Shown: in pieces, positions 9,647 through 19,159 of the stretch | Numbering within the stretch: the stretch's first letter is position 1 | Layout: each line of letters opens with the position of its first letter | NCBI GenBank assembly: GCA_019634385.1 | Contig: JAHQVK010000175.1 | Span: 333 to 64,332, forward strand | DNA length: 64,000 nt | Origin: Myxococcales bacterium | Lineage (GTDB): Bacteria > Myxococcota > Kuafuiibacteriia > Kuafuiibacteriales > Kuafuiibacteriaceae | Direction: 5' to 3' | Notes under the pieces: model-generated | What the model saw: only the letters and a program-made list of their open reading frames with translations | Told to the model about the DNA's origin: nothing | Database searches by the model: none | Program-made: the position numbers and the translations under genes

Positions 9647-10885
9647 GTGGGATGGATCGAACTGCTGCTGATCCTTGGCGAAACGATGTCCGCCCAAGCA
9701 CTCTCGCAAGCAAGGCTCCATCCACAATTGACGGCGGTACCGTTAGGTGCGGTAGCACCGGGAGACGTTACTTGTCCTCGATGGTCCAAAGACGGAAGGC
9801 ACATTGCCTTTGAACGTGTATTTCATGCTCAGAAACGAGTGGAACTCTATCTGCTCGAGAATGTTCATAGTGGTCACTCCAGTACCGTTCGGTTGAGTGG
9901 TCAACAATCAGCGGGTAGCAAGGAGGGGCGCCGCTCAGAGGATGGCAAGGGGCGGCTACGCTCATTGTTCAAGGGACTGGAGATTGAGCGATGTCATGAT
10001 CTTGCTTGGGCGACAGAGGATGTGGCGTTTGTCTGCAACGATGGGGGAGAGCAACTATACATAAGACGTGGGAAAAGAAGATCGGTTGCAGTCACTGAGA
10101 AGGGTGTGTCTGCTCAACCAACTTGGTCCGCGGATGGGATGACATTGGTGTTTGTGTCTACTCGGGATGGTTTGGGAGCCCTGCATCAGATTTCGTTTGA
10201 AGGGGACCGTCTTGATGGGCCGAGCCCGCTCCTTAAGCGTTCGGAGAATCTAGAGCTCTACCCACAGTGGCACCCGAAAAAACCTTACTTGTTGTACACA
10301 GCCATGACGTCGGGACGGGGCAGTGATGTTCATTTGCTTTCTGAGATAGCTGCGCAAGCTAAAATCCGCCAACTTGTTAGTACCCCATACGATGAATTTC
10401 ATGCTACTTGGTCCCCAAACGGTCAGAAAATCGCGTTTTATAGAGTAAGAAACCGGGGGGAGGGAGGCCCGAGGCAGACATTGCCACGGGCTCTGACTGC
10501 TGACGAATCTGACATCTGGATTAAAGACGTCAGCGCGGACCAGCCTTCATTTCGATTGGCTTCTGCGGTCCATGTGACTACGGGCGGTCCAGCGTGGAGC
10601 CCGGATGGAGACTGGGTCGTATATACATCGGGGGCCAGTGATCAATTGTTTGCCGCGGAGGCAAAAATTGACGGACAAGTTATAGAAATTCCGTTAGCGA
10701 CTATTTCGAACCGGGAGCCGGTGCTAACTAAGTATCAAGAGCGCTGGTTTGTAGCTTATACCACTCTCGGTGAGGCGAAAAACGACAAACGGATGTGGAG
10801 AAGGCTTTATTGGACTCATCTGGACTCTACGATTTTCAGAGTTGCTGGTGATAAAGAAGACAAACGAAATGGGAATGCCTACTAG
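9647..10885 (+). CDS. TolB-like PD40/WD40 beta-propeller protein
   Basis: Repeated WS(P/A)DG...VF/VY motifs (WSADGMTLVFVSTRDG, WSPNGQKIAFYR, WSPDGDWVVYTS) typical of PD40 repeats. N-terminal signal. Confidence 0.6.
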   Translation: MGWIELLLILGETMSAQALSQARLHPQLTAVPLGAVAPGDVTCPRWSKDGRHIAFERVFHAQKRVELYLLENVHSGHSSTVRLSGQQSAGSKEGRRSEDGKGRLRSLFKGLEIERCHDLAWATEDVAFVCNDGGEQLYIRRGKRRSVAVTEKGVSAQPTWSADGMTLVFVSTRDGLGALHQISFEGDRLDGPSPLLKRSENLELYPQWHPKKPYLLYTAMTSGRGSDVHLLSEIAAQAKIRQLVSTPYDEFHATWSPNGQKIAFYRVRNRGEGGPRQTLPRALTADESDIWIKDVSADQPSFRLASAVHVTTGGPAWSPDGDWVVYTSGASDQLFAAEAKIDGQVIEIPLATISNREPVLTKYQERWFVAYTTLGEAKNDKRMWRRLYWTHLDSTIFRVAGDKEDKRNGNAY

Positions 10886-10886
10886 C

Positions 10887-11072
10887 TAGGGCGTGTCTTT
10901 AACCTCTGGATGTGGAGCTGACGCGGTATCTCGCGCGTGTGAAGGGTCGGTCCCGGAGGGAGGGTACCGGATGTACCGGACCGAGGGGCCCGAAAGGGGG
11001 GCGAAGCCACCGGCCCCTCACAAACGATGGAAACAAGTCAGCACGCGGTCCGGAGGGTAAAGACACGCCCTA
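10887..11072. repeat. family A copy A4 (forward)
   Basis: ctagctagggcgtgtctttaacc...ggagggtaaagacacgccctaa. Confidence 0.85.
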
Positions 11073-11074
11073 AC

Positions 11075-11330
11075 ATTACCTGATTGGTGTTGTCCTGAGA
11101 TGTCTGGGCATCCATTGTTCACAACAGGGGTACCGTGCCATTTTCCGTATGAGACTTCTTTTAGGAACCCAGAAAATTGGTTCCAATTCTGAGTAGAGGA
11201 CGGAAAAGTGCTTTCGGTATTGTCCACACCCCGGACGTTGAGCTCGGCCTGTTGTTTCTCCTGGATAATGTGTTGGAGCCGCTCAAACCCTTGTGAGGAC
11301 TGCTTGGCCTTGTGCCACCGCCATCTGCAT
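11075..11330 (-). pseudogene. IS5-family (IS1031/IS427-like) transposase N-terminal fragment, decayed
   Basis: The minus-strand translation PNCYVANVCRWRWHKAKQSSQGFERLQHIIQ...VDNTESTFP resembles the conserved NRWRKKGVWQRIFE...MIDSTIVRAH block of IS5-group transposases. It is truncated by a stop and has no DDE domain. It lies between repeat copies A4 and B3. Confidence 0.35.
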
Positions 11331-11552
11331 ACATTGGCTACATAACAATTAGGTATTGCGAGGTGGCATTTTAATGTCGGAGGTGGTCTATTACTTGTCC
11401 TCGAGGTACCTTAATATCCAGCAACCTGAGCTTTCCCTTTCTCATCATTTGTCTCTTCGGAGGCTAACTGTGGCTAGTCTCCTACGAGTTCAGACATTCG
11501 GTGGATCCGATATTCGCTATAGTTATTTGCCAACTTTGAGTACACATTGCAT

Positions 11553-11665
11553 ACAGCAGAAATCACTTGGGTTGAACCCAAGTTTCTGCTTCTACTCGGG
11601 CCTATACCCCGCCGCGCGCGCCTTGTTGATTCTTACAACATCAATTCAAGTGGGCTTTGCTGTAG
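11553..11665. repeat. family B copy B3 (forward)
   Basis: acagcagaaatcacttgggttgaacccaagtttctgcttctactcgggcctataccccgccgcgcgcgccttgttgattcttacaacatcaattcaagtgggctttgctgtag. Confidence 0.8.
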
Positions 11666-11781
11666 TTGGTATATATAGCTGCACTTAGTAAGAAATATGG
11701 CGCAGGGGAAATCAAAATATTTCGACCCTGCTACTTCATTATGTTTGAATATGAGTGATACAATACCCTCAGCAGTATGAC

Positions 11782-12246
11782 CTAAAAGCAAAAACTAATG
11801 CGCTTTTCTGACAGTGTGCGCAATTTTTTATCTTTGATAGTTCGCAGCTTGATGAGAACTTTACCACAAGTGGCGCTGCTTTGCTCAATTTGGTGGACTT
11901 TTATTCCAACTAGCTTGCTATCGATGTCAATGAACCGCTCGTAGGGTAGCTTGACGGGGCCATTAACGACCGGTTGAAAGCTCGAGACGGGGGTTTTACA
12001 GTGGGTTTCAACAGACATAGAACTATTCATGAGCAACGGCCAGTTTTCCCGAGAGGTGTCGGCACGCATTATGACTTTACAATGGTACCCATCACTTATG
12101 AGCTCTTGAGTGACAACTGTAGGGAGCTGTGACTTCACGGTGTGTGAGGAGCATCCGTGAGCACTGAGTACCAAAGTCGTAATTCGCAGTACCGAAGTCA
12201 AGCGCCAACACGTTGACCGTAGCTTGAAGGGGAGAGAATGCCTCAT
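11782..12246 (-). CDS. hypothetical small secreted/lipoprotein
   Basis: 154-aa ORF with a signal-like N-terminus ending HGCSS. No motif recognised. Its 5' end overlaps the annotated FIST start, so one of the two starts is probably internal. Confidence 0.3.
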   Translation of the reverse strand: MRHSLPFKLRSTCWRLTSVLRITTLVLSAHGCSSHTVKSQLPTVVTQELISDGYHCKVIMRADTSRENWPLLMNSSMSVETHCKTPVSSFQPVVNGPVKLPYERFIDIDSKLVGIKVHQIEQSSATCGKVLIKLRTIKDKKLRTLSEKRISFCF

Positions 12247-13540
12247 GATCTACCTTTATTATGCTATCGGCGCTTTGGTCCTTAAACTAAGGGGGGTCAG
12301 CCGTGGTTATGCACTGGCGGCTCATTTGGTACCACGCTTATTGGTATTGATGGTCTCGATCTGGATGTGGCTGCAAATGGTTGAGAATTTGTCGACTATT
12401 TTAGCTATGCAGCTTACTACCTTTATCCATCAGCTTGGCGTAGGGTGGAATAGCGCTTTTCCCGACCTAGACTCTGAGACTACCCTAGTTCTTGTATTTG
12501 GCTCCCCTGAGTATCGTGGTTCACCGGATGCAGTGATGGAACTACAGCGAGCCTATCCGCGCTCCGTTGTCATTGGTTGCTCAACAGCGGGGGAGGTAGC
12601 GCAGCACAATGTCAATGATAATAGTTTATCCGTGGCGGTGGCGAAGTTTAGTCATACACCGCTCAGAAGTGCCTATGCCGATGTAGATACAAGACGGTCT
12701 CGAGCGGCGGGCTTTGAATTGGCTCAGCAGTTGAAGAGTCCGGAACTAAAAGGAGTATTCGTTGTCTCTGATGGCTTGCAGGTCAATGGTAGTGACTTGG
12801 TACAAGGGCTCTACGATGGATTAGGTACCGAGGTGCCAGTTTGTGGGGGACTAGCGGCTGATGGTGAACGTTTCCAGCAGACCTGGATTGTGCAACGCGA
12901 CGGCTTGGTAAGCGGTAAAGTTGGTGCTGTTGGTTTCTATGGTGAACGGATAAGGCTTGATTGTGGCTCTAAAGGGGGATGGCAGATTTTCGGTCCCGAG
13001 CGAAAGATAACAAGCGCGGAAGGAAATATCGTCTACACCTTTGATGATCAGTCTGCGCTTGAGCTATATAAAGTCTATCTAGGGGAGCACGCGAATGATT
13101 TGCCAGCAGCGGCACTGTTGTTTCCCTTGTCGGTGCGCCGAAGGCCAAATGGACCTGCGGTGGTTCGGACCATACTATCTACGGATGAAGATAGAAAGTC
13201 CATGACTTTTGCTGGTGATATGCCGGTGGGAGCACGGACACAGTTGATGCGTGCTAGTTTTGATCGACTGATTGATGGGGCGGAGGGGGCGGCGAAGATG
13301 TTGAGTAGTCCGGGTGAGCCGAAAGAGTCTCCCATGCTCTGTGTTCTTGTCAGCTGTGTTGGGCGTAGACTGGTCCTGGGCGAGAGGATTGAAGAAGAAG
13401 TTGAAGCAGTACTTGAGGTCCTGCCCGCAAACGCCCAACAGATTGGCTTTTATGCTTATGGTGAAATATCTCCCGACGTCTCTGGGGTATGTGACTTACA
13501 CAACCAGACCATGACCCTAATGACAATCTATGAGCAATAG
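12224..13540 (+). CDS. FIST-domain sensor protein
   Basis: The body matches the FIST_N/FIST_C pattern (VVIGCSTAGEV..., GVFVVSDGLQVNGSDLV, VCGGLAADG, GFYAYGEISP). The true start is probably an internal Met (12245 or later). It overlaps the downstream histidine kinase start. Confidence 0.65.
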   Translation: MKGRECLMIYLYYAIGALVLKLRGVSRGYALAAHLVPRLLVLMVSIWMWLQMVENLSTILAMQLTTFIHQLGVGWNSAFPDLDSETTLVLVFGSPEYRGSPDAVMELQRAYPRSVVIGCSTAGEVAQHNVNDNSLSVAVAKFSHTPLRSAYADVDTRRSRAAGFELAQQLKSPELKGVFVVSDGLQVNGSDLVQGLYDGLGTEVPVCGGLAADGERFQQTWIVQRDGLVSGKVGAVGFYGERIRLDCGSKGGWQIFGPERKITSAEGNIVYTFDDQSALELYKVYLGEHANDLPAAALLFPLSVRRRPNGPAVVRTILSTDEDRKSMTFAGDMPVGARTQLMRASFDRLIDGAEGAAKMLSSPGEPKESPMLCVLVSCVGRRLVLGERIEEEVEAVLEVLPANAQQIGFYAYGEISPDVSGVCDLHNQTMTLMTIYEQ

Positions 13541-15650
13541 TAAGTATCATAGGGCGCTGAGACGACAGTTGCGCCGCTTAGATATAGATGCGGAGAAGGG
13601 TCCCGAGGATGAGAAAGGATGGCGGGCCTTCTTAGCGGCGGTCAGCCAGGCTTATGTTCATAGTGATCGAGATCGATACTTACTCGAGAGATCGCTTAAC
13701 CTCTCTTTCGTTGAGACCTCGGAGCTGCACCGAAATTTGAACACAGAGCGCGACCGTCTACTTGCTGTGCTTAGGGCGATGACTGATGGTTTGTTTGCAC
13801 TGACCTTGGAGGCAAAGGTTATTGTTGCCAACGAAGCGGCGGCGCGGATGCTAGGTGATTCGGTGTCTACGCTCAATGGGGCGAGCGTGCTCGAGCGATT
13901 TCAGTTCTCCAAGCTCAACCACCGAGAGCTTTTTGAGGCGATTAAGAACGGTGAGCCCTACGAAGAGCAAAATGCCTCACTACATTTGGCATCACGCTGT
14001 ATTGATATATCGTGTTCGCTTACGCCGCTTCATGAACATGGGGAGCTTGTGGGCACTGTATTTGTGTTTCGAGACGTCAGTGAACAGCGACTTGCAAAAT
14101 GTCGCCTTGCCAAGGCGTTGAATGAGGCTCAGGAGGCGGTTAGGGTAAAGTCAAGCTTTCTGGCTAATATGAGTCATGAGATTCGCACGCCAATGAATGG
14201 TATCATTGGTATGACTACACTGCTTCTCGATACTTCGCTGTCCTCTACGCAACGCGAGTTCGCCAAAACGATAGGCAATTCAGCTGACGCACTGCTGGTG
14301 ATTATTAATGATATCTTAGATATCTCAAAGCTAGAGGCCGATAGCCTTGAGTTGGAAGAGGTGGATATTGACTTTGTCCAACTTATTGAAGAGGTGGCGA
14401 ATTTGCTTGCGATTCAGGCCCATCGAAAACGGGTTGAATTCGTAATTCGGCTATCACCGAACATACCTAAGTTGGTCACTGGTGATCCAGGGAGGATACG
14501 GCAGATTCTCCTCAATTTGGTCAGTAATGCTATTAAGTTTACGTCTGTTGGTGAGGTTCGGGTGAGTGTCGATGCGATGATTGATGATGGCGTTGCACTC
14601 ATGGAGTGTGCGGTGAGTGATACTGGTATTGGTATCGAGGCAGAGTCGCAGGATAAACTATTTCGACCGTTCTCTCAAGTTGATGCATCGACAACCCGAA
14701 AGTTTGGAGGGACAGGGCTCGGGTTGGCGATTAGTCATCAGTTGGCGGTTGCTATGGGAGGAGATATAACTTTGTCTAGTGCGCCGGGCGTAGGGTCATG
14801 CTTTACGCTACAGGTGCCTCTTAAAGTAAGCGATTTATCACTGGCGGGGCATAGAATTTCTTGTAAATGGGTTGTTGGACTCCTAGAGGGTAATGATAGT
14901 ACAAGAAATATTTTAAGAACTTATCTGAAGGAATTAGGATGCATAACCGTTGATATATCTCCAGATGTTATAGAGATGCCCAATGTAGACATTGATGTAG
15001 TTATATGTGATATCTATTCCATTTGTATAGATGCAGAAAAACGCCTAGAAAAATGGCATTCTGAGCCAATGTTAGCCAGCGGTGGTTGGATCTTTTTGAC
15101 GAAGGTGACGACCCAAAAAAAAGTACAGGAATTGGCGGATCGGTATGGCGCAAGAGTGTTGCCCAAACCGGTGCAGCGCTCAGCGTTTACCAAACTGGTT
15201 ACCGAAGTGGCATCAGGCAAAGCAATGTCTGGGGTTTCAGGCACAGAAGCGCCAGTTATTCCATTGCCCCAATTTAGCGGAACCGCACTGGTGGTTGACG
15301 ATAGCTCGGTCAATCAGCGGGTAGCTCAGGGATTGCTTAACCGCATCGGAATCAAGACAGAGGTGGCTGACAATGGGGAGGATGCGGTTCAAAAGGTTTG
15401 TACGAAGGCATACGACGTAGTGTTTATGGACTGTCAGATGCCGATTGTAGATGGTTACGAAGCAACTCGGCGTATTCGGCAATATGAAAAGGAACAGGCA
15501 CTAGGTCAGCACCAGCTCATTGTTGCAATGACTGCAAATGCTATGAGTGGAGATGTAGCTCGTTGCTTGGAGTCAGGTATGGATGACTACATGTCTAAGC
15601 CGGTATCACGGGAGCAGCTAATAGAAATGCTTATTCGGCGTATAGGCTGA
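13530..15650 (+). CDS. hybrid sensor histidine kinase/response regulator (PAS-HisKA-HATPase-REC)
   Basis: H-box MSHEIRTPMNGIIGMTTLL. N, G1 and G2 boxes are present (LVSNAIKF, DTGIGI, GGTGLGLAIS). The C-terminal receiver has VVDDSSVNQ...DVVFMDCQMP...MTANAMSGD. Confidence 0.85.
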   Translation: MSNSKYHRALRRQLRRLDIDAEKGPEDEKGWRAFLAAVSQAYVHSDRDRYLLERSLNLSFVETSELHRNLNTERDRLLAVLRAMTDGLFALTLEAKVIVANEAAARMLGDSVSTLNGASVLERFQFSKLNHRELFEAIKNGEPYEEQNASLHLASRCIDISCSLTPLHEHGELVGTVFVFRDVSEQRLAKCRLAKALNEAQEAVRVKSSFLANMSHEIRTPMNGIIGMTTLLLDTSLSSTQREFAKTIGNSADALLVIINDILDISKLEADSLELEEVDIDFVQLIEEVANLLAIQAHRKRVEFVIRLSPNIPKLVTGDPGRIRQILLNLVSNAIKFTSVGEVRVSVDAMIDDGVALMECAVSDTGIGIEAESQDKLFRPFSQVDASTTRKFGGTGLGLAISHQLAVAMGGDITLSSAPGVGSCFTLQVPLKVSDLSLAGHRISCKWVVGLLEGNDSTRNILRTYLKELGCITVDISPDVIEMPNVDIDVVICDIYSICIDAEKRLEKWHSEPMLASGGWIFLTKVTTQKKVQELADRYGARVLPKPVQRSAFTKLVTEVASGKAMSGVSGTEAPVIPLPQFSGTALVVDDSSVNQRVAQGLLNRIGIKTEVADNGEDAVQKVCTKAYDVVFMDCQMPIVDGYEATRRIRQYEKEQALGQHQLIVAMTANAMSGDVARCLESGMDDYMSKPVSREQLIEMLIRRIG

Positions 15651-15671
15651 AATCGCGATATTTCGACGACT

Positions 15672-15858
15672 TAGGGCGTGTTTTTACCCTCCGGATCGCG
15701 TTCTGACTTGTATCCTGCGTTGGTGAGTGGTCGGTGGCTTCGCCACCTTTTCGGGCCCCTTGGCCAGGTAGATCCAGTCCCCTCCCTCCGTGGCCGCCCC
15801 CTCACAAACGTGGGCTACGGCGTCATCTCCGCAGCTGGAGGGTAAAGACACGCCCTAG
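15672..15858. repeat. family A copy A5 (reverse orientation)
   Basis: Reverse complement of the A consensus. Its right terminus shares CTAG with the start of repeat C2. Confidence 0.8.
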
Positions 15859-16033
15859 CAGGCCATCGGAAAAGTGAGTTAGGCGCTTCGCGGGTCCTTT
15901 TTCCGTGGAACGTCCGGACCGGCTTCGCCTTTCATCGGTTGCATACGCCCGGTATGCGCCTTCTTCATCCGGAGCGTTCCACGGAAAAGATACTTCGCGG
16001 ATCACCCATCTCACTTCTCCGATGGCCTGCAAG
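15855..16033. repeat. family C copy C2 (with ~30-bp internal insertion)
   Basis: Same termini (the right end reads cctgcaag). It carries an extra tttcatcggttgcatacgcccggtatgcgcc block. It shares CTAG with A5. Confidence 0.8.
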
Positions 16034-16097
16034 TGAGCACTTTGTTGGTGGAGGTAGGTCTGAGTCGAAGTAAGAGGTGAAAGAAGCAGTATGATTC

Positions 16098-17453
16098 TTG
16101 GTGAAGCCTGCAATAGACTCCGTGAGTAGGCTGGATATGGAAGACTTAGCACTGCAGCGACTGCCGCGACCCAAGCAAAGCGAGCTGATGATTAAGAAGC
16201 TCGGCCCCTGCGAATATCCGTCCCCACTCGAAGTGCGAGGGAGACGGTTTATTGCTGATGATTGCCGAGTAGAGTTGAGCAAGCATATTGTCGGGGGGGT
16301 CCTCAACGAGGAGTTATCGTTTGAGGCGGCTGGTCCCCGGGCCAACGTATTCTTCAACCCAGAGAACACAACCGCGGCATTCGTGACCTGTGGAGGTTTA
16401 TCACCAGGACTAAACAATGTGATTCGATCCGGATACCTTGAGCTATTCTTTAACTATGGAGTGCAGCGTATCTTGGGAATTCATAATGGGTACAGGGGGT
16501 TGAATCCTAAATCTGGTTTGGAACCTACGGTGATGACCCATCGATTTGTACAGGATATCCATTACATGGGTGGTACGGTTTTGGGGAGCTCTCGAGGCGC
16601 GCATGACCCAGTTCTTCTCGTGGATGCCATGGAAGCCCATCAGATTGATATTCTCTTTTGTATTGGGGGGGATGGAACTCAGCGAGGTGCGCATCGGGTC
16701 CAGCAAGAGATTGCCCGGCGAGCTCTGAAGAAATCTGTTGTAGGTATTCCTAAGACTATCGATAATGATGTGCCCTATGTGGAATTGAGCTTCGGCCATG
16801 TGACGGCGCTTGAAGTAGCGGCGGATGTCTTGCGTGGTGCACATGTCGAAGCAAAAGGGGCGCCCAATGGCGTCGGTTTGGTTAAGGTTATGGGCCGGGG
16901 CGCCGGATTTATTGCGGCGGGCGCTGCGCTTGCGAGCCAGGAGGCTAATTTTGTCCTGGTCCCTGAAGTACCCTTCCCTCTAGAGGGAGAAGGAGGCTTC
17001 CTTGATTGTCTAGAACAGCGTCTACTGGCCCGCGATCATGCTCTGGTGGTAGTCGCTGAGGGAGCGGGTCAGCATCTTTTTAACGATACAAGCTCAGAAG
17101 TGGATCAGTCAGGTAATCAGCGGTTTCGAGACATTGGCGTCTTCCTCAGGGATCGAATCAAAGAGCACTTCAAGAGAAAGCGCATTGAACTCAATCTCAA
17201 ATATATTGATCCAAGCTACGCTATTCGCAGCGTACCGGCGAATGCGTGGGATCGCATACTAAGCGATCGAATGGCGAGAGCTGCTGTTCATGCGGCTATG
17301 GCAGGGAAGACGGATACAATGATTGGCTACTGGAGTAATGAGATCGTTCACGTACCTATCTCAGCGGCGGTAGCACAAAAGAAGCAGATGTTTCTGGGTG
17401 GGGATCTTTGGAATGCGGTAATGGCTACCACTGGTCAGCCAGAGTGGTATTAA
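16098..17453 (+). CDS. pfk: 6-phosphofructokinase (long type; ATP versus PPi dependence not decidable)
   Basis: GGLSPGLNNVIRS, GGDGTQRGA and IPKTIDNDV are canonical PFK motifs. Confidence 0.85.
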   Translation: MVKPAIDSVSRLDMEDLALQRLPRPKQSELMIKKLGPCEYPSPLEVRGRRFIADDCRVELSKHIVGGVLNEELSFEAAGPRANVFFNPENTTAAFVTCGGLSPGLNNVIRSGYLELFFNYGVQRILGIHNGYRGLNPKSGLEPTVMTHRFVQDIHYMGGTVLGSSRGAHDPVLLVDAMEAHQIDILFCIGGDGTQRGAHRVQQEIARRALKKSVVGIPKTIDNDVPYVELSFGHVTALEVAADVLRGAHVEAKGAPNGVGLVKVMGRGAGFIAAGAALASQEANFVLVPEVPFPLEGEGGFLDCLEQRLLARDHALVVVAEGAGQHLFNDTSSEVDQSGNQRFRDIGVFLRDRIKEHFKRKRIELNLKYIDPSYAIRSVPANAWDRILSDRMARAAVHAAMAGKTDTMIGYWSNEIVHVPISAAVAQKKQMFLGGDLWNAVMATTGQPEWY

Positions 17454-17464
17454 CAAGATGGCTG

Positions 17465-18529
17465 TTAGCTGCTGTGGGTGCGCCGTTGGCGCACAGCAGC
17501 GGCGAGTTGTTCCAGGACTGGAACGGTATCTTCCCATCCTAGACAGGCGTCGGTGATCGACTGACCATATCGTAGATCCTCGGGCCTGGTGAGGTTTTGC
17601 CGGCCGGCAACCAAGTGACTCTCCAGCATGGTACCAACAAGTGCTTGATTACCCTTAGTGACTTGCTCCGCGAGATCGCCGGCAACTATTGGTTGTCGGC
17701 TGTGATCTTTTTGGCTGTTCGCGTGTGAGCAATCGACCATGATCCCCGTAGAGATTTCAGCGCTGTCGAGATGTTTCTCTAGAATTGAGAGGTGATCGGC
17801 TGAGTAATTAGGGCCAGAGGCGCCTCCACGGAGAATGACGTGGCAGGCGTCGTTACCCTTGGTCGCTACGATGGCAGAGATCCCTTGTTTTGTGACGGAG
17901 AGAAAGTGATGTGGAGCTCGAGCCGCTCGAATGGCATCTACGGCAATGGCTACATCTCCTCCCGTACTATTTTTGAAGCCCACTGCCATCGATAATCCTG
18001 AAGCGAGTTCGCGATGGATCTGGCTCTCTGTCGTACGAGCGCCGATGGCACCCCATGCGACAAGGTCAGCGATAAATTGAGGGCTAATAGTGTCCAAAAA
18101 CTCGGTGCCTACCGGAACCCCAAGTTGCGAGATTGTGAGAACCAAGTTACGAGCGATCCGGAGGCCTTCGTTGATTCGAAAGGTGCCATCTAGGTAAGGA
18201 TCGTTGATAAGTCCTTTCCAACCGACGGTCGTGCGAGGCTTTTCAAAATAGACTCGCATCACAATAAATAGATCGTCTTGTAGGCGTTCAGCGCAAGCTT
18301 TGAGCAGGCGGGCGTATTCCACGGCCGCGCCTGGATCGTGCACGGAGCACGGCCCAACAACCACAAGCAGACGATCATCTTTTTGCTTGACGATATCATC
18401 AACGGTGGAACGCCACTGTCGCACAGCAGTTGCGATTTCCTCGGTTGCGGGAAGTTCCTCCATCAAGATTTGGGGAGGAATCAGAGGCTTGAGTTGGAGT
18501 ATGCGCACATCGTCTGTGGCGGAGGACAT
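17465..18529 (-). CDS. aroG: 3-deoxy-7-phosphoheptulonate (DAHP) synthase, class I alpha
   Basis: LLVVVGPCSVHD, KPRTTVGWKGLINDP and the C-terminal architecture of the AroG/F/H family. 354 aa. Confidence 0.85.
   Translation of the reverse strand: MSSATDDVRILQLKPLIPPQILMEELPATEEIATAVRQWRSTVDDIVKQKDDRLLVVVGPCSVHDPGAAVEYARLLKACAERLQDDLFIVMRVYFEKPRTTVGWKGLINDPYLDGTFRINEGLRIARNLVLTISQLGVPVGTEFLDTISPQFIADLVAWGAIGARTTESQIHRELASGLSMAVGFKNSTGGDVAIAVDAIRAARAPHHFLSVTKQGISAIVATKGNDACHVILRGGASGPNYSADHLSILEKHLDSAEISTGIMVDCSHANSQKDHSRQPIVAGDLAEQVTKGNQALVGTMLESHLVAGRQNLTRPEDLRYGQSITDACLGWEDTVPVLEQLAAAVRQRRTHSS
17468..17500. terminator. hairpin between convergent pfk and DAHP synthase
   Basis: gctgctgtgggtgcgcc-gtt-ggcgcacagcagc is an imperfect inverted repeat lying 15 bp after the pfk stop and overlapping the last codons of the convergent gene. 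Confidence 0.3.
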
Positions 18530-18862
18530 GTCGCCTTACGAGTACGGTGCGCGTCCCAATTCAGCAAGTGTCGCAAATAGCTAGCGCGTTTTATGGGCAT
18601 TGAAGGCTGGTTCTGAGGGGTGATGAACCGGACTGACACCTTCAAAGTGGGTGGTTCCCGCACTTTCGGGGGGGTATTGCCGGAGCGCTGCAAACCGCGT
18701 GATATTCGACGACCGAAATAGAGCTACGACGTTTCTTTTACGTCGGCGTGAAACTATTGCGAAGAATTTGCTTTGGCCGAATGTGCGGACTGGGGGGCAG
18801 GCTAGCCATAGCCCGCTGACTGAGAATCCCGATTAGATAGGTGGCCGCAAGTTACAGGATAT

Positions 18863-19159
18863 TAGGGCGTGTCTTTAAACTCCAGCTGCGGAGATGACGC
18901 TGTACAGCAGAAATCACTTGGGTTGAACCCAGGTTCCTGCTTCTACGCGGGGCTATGCCCCGCTGCGCGACCACTTGTTGATTCTTATAGAATCAACAAG
19001 TGGTGTTTGCTGTATCCCGTGTTTGCGAGGGTTCGGCCCCGAAGGGAGGGTACGGTAAGTACCGGACCGAGGGGCCCAAAAGGGGGGTGAAGCCACCGAC
19101 GCCTCACAAATGAGGGAAACAAGTCAGACCGCGGTCCGGAGTCTAAAGACACGCCCTAG
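18863..19159. repeat. family A copy A6 (forward) carrying nested B4
   Basis: A termini intact. B4 is inserted at the same internal ...gta|tcccgtg site as in A3 but in the opposite orientation. Confidence 0.85.
18905..19012. repeat. family B copy B4 (forward), nested in A6
   Basis: cagcagaaatcacttgggttgaacccaggttcctgcttctacgcggggctatgccccgctgcgcgaccacttgttgattcttatagaatcaacaagtggtgtttgctg. Flanked by ta/ta. Confidence 0.8.

Noticed and set aside
11356-11688. 110-aa ORF in the six-frame track
   Set aside because: It reads straight through repeat copy B3 and relic DNA, and has low-complexity composition. It is treated as spurious. For the same reason ORFs 18869-19090, 30835-31353, 31112-31336, 7559-7783 and 15823-16152 are rejected; they span A/B/C repeat copies.
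15965-16417. 150-aa minus-strand ORF overlapping the pfk start
   Set aside because: It is antisense to the well-supported pfk N-terminus and extends into repeat C2. No motif.
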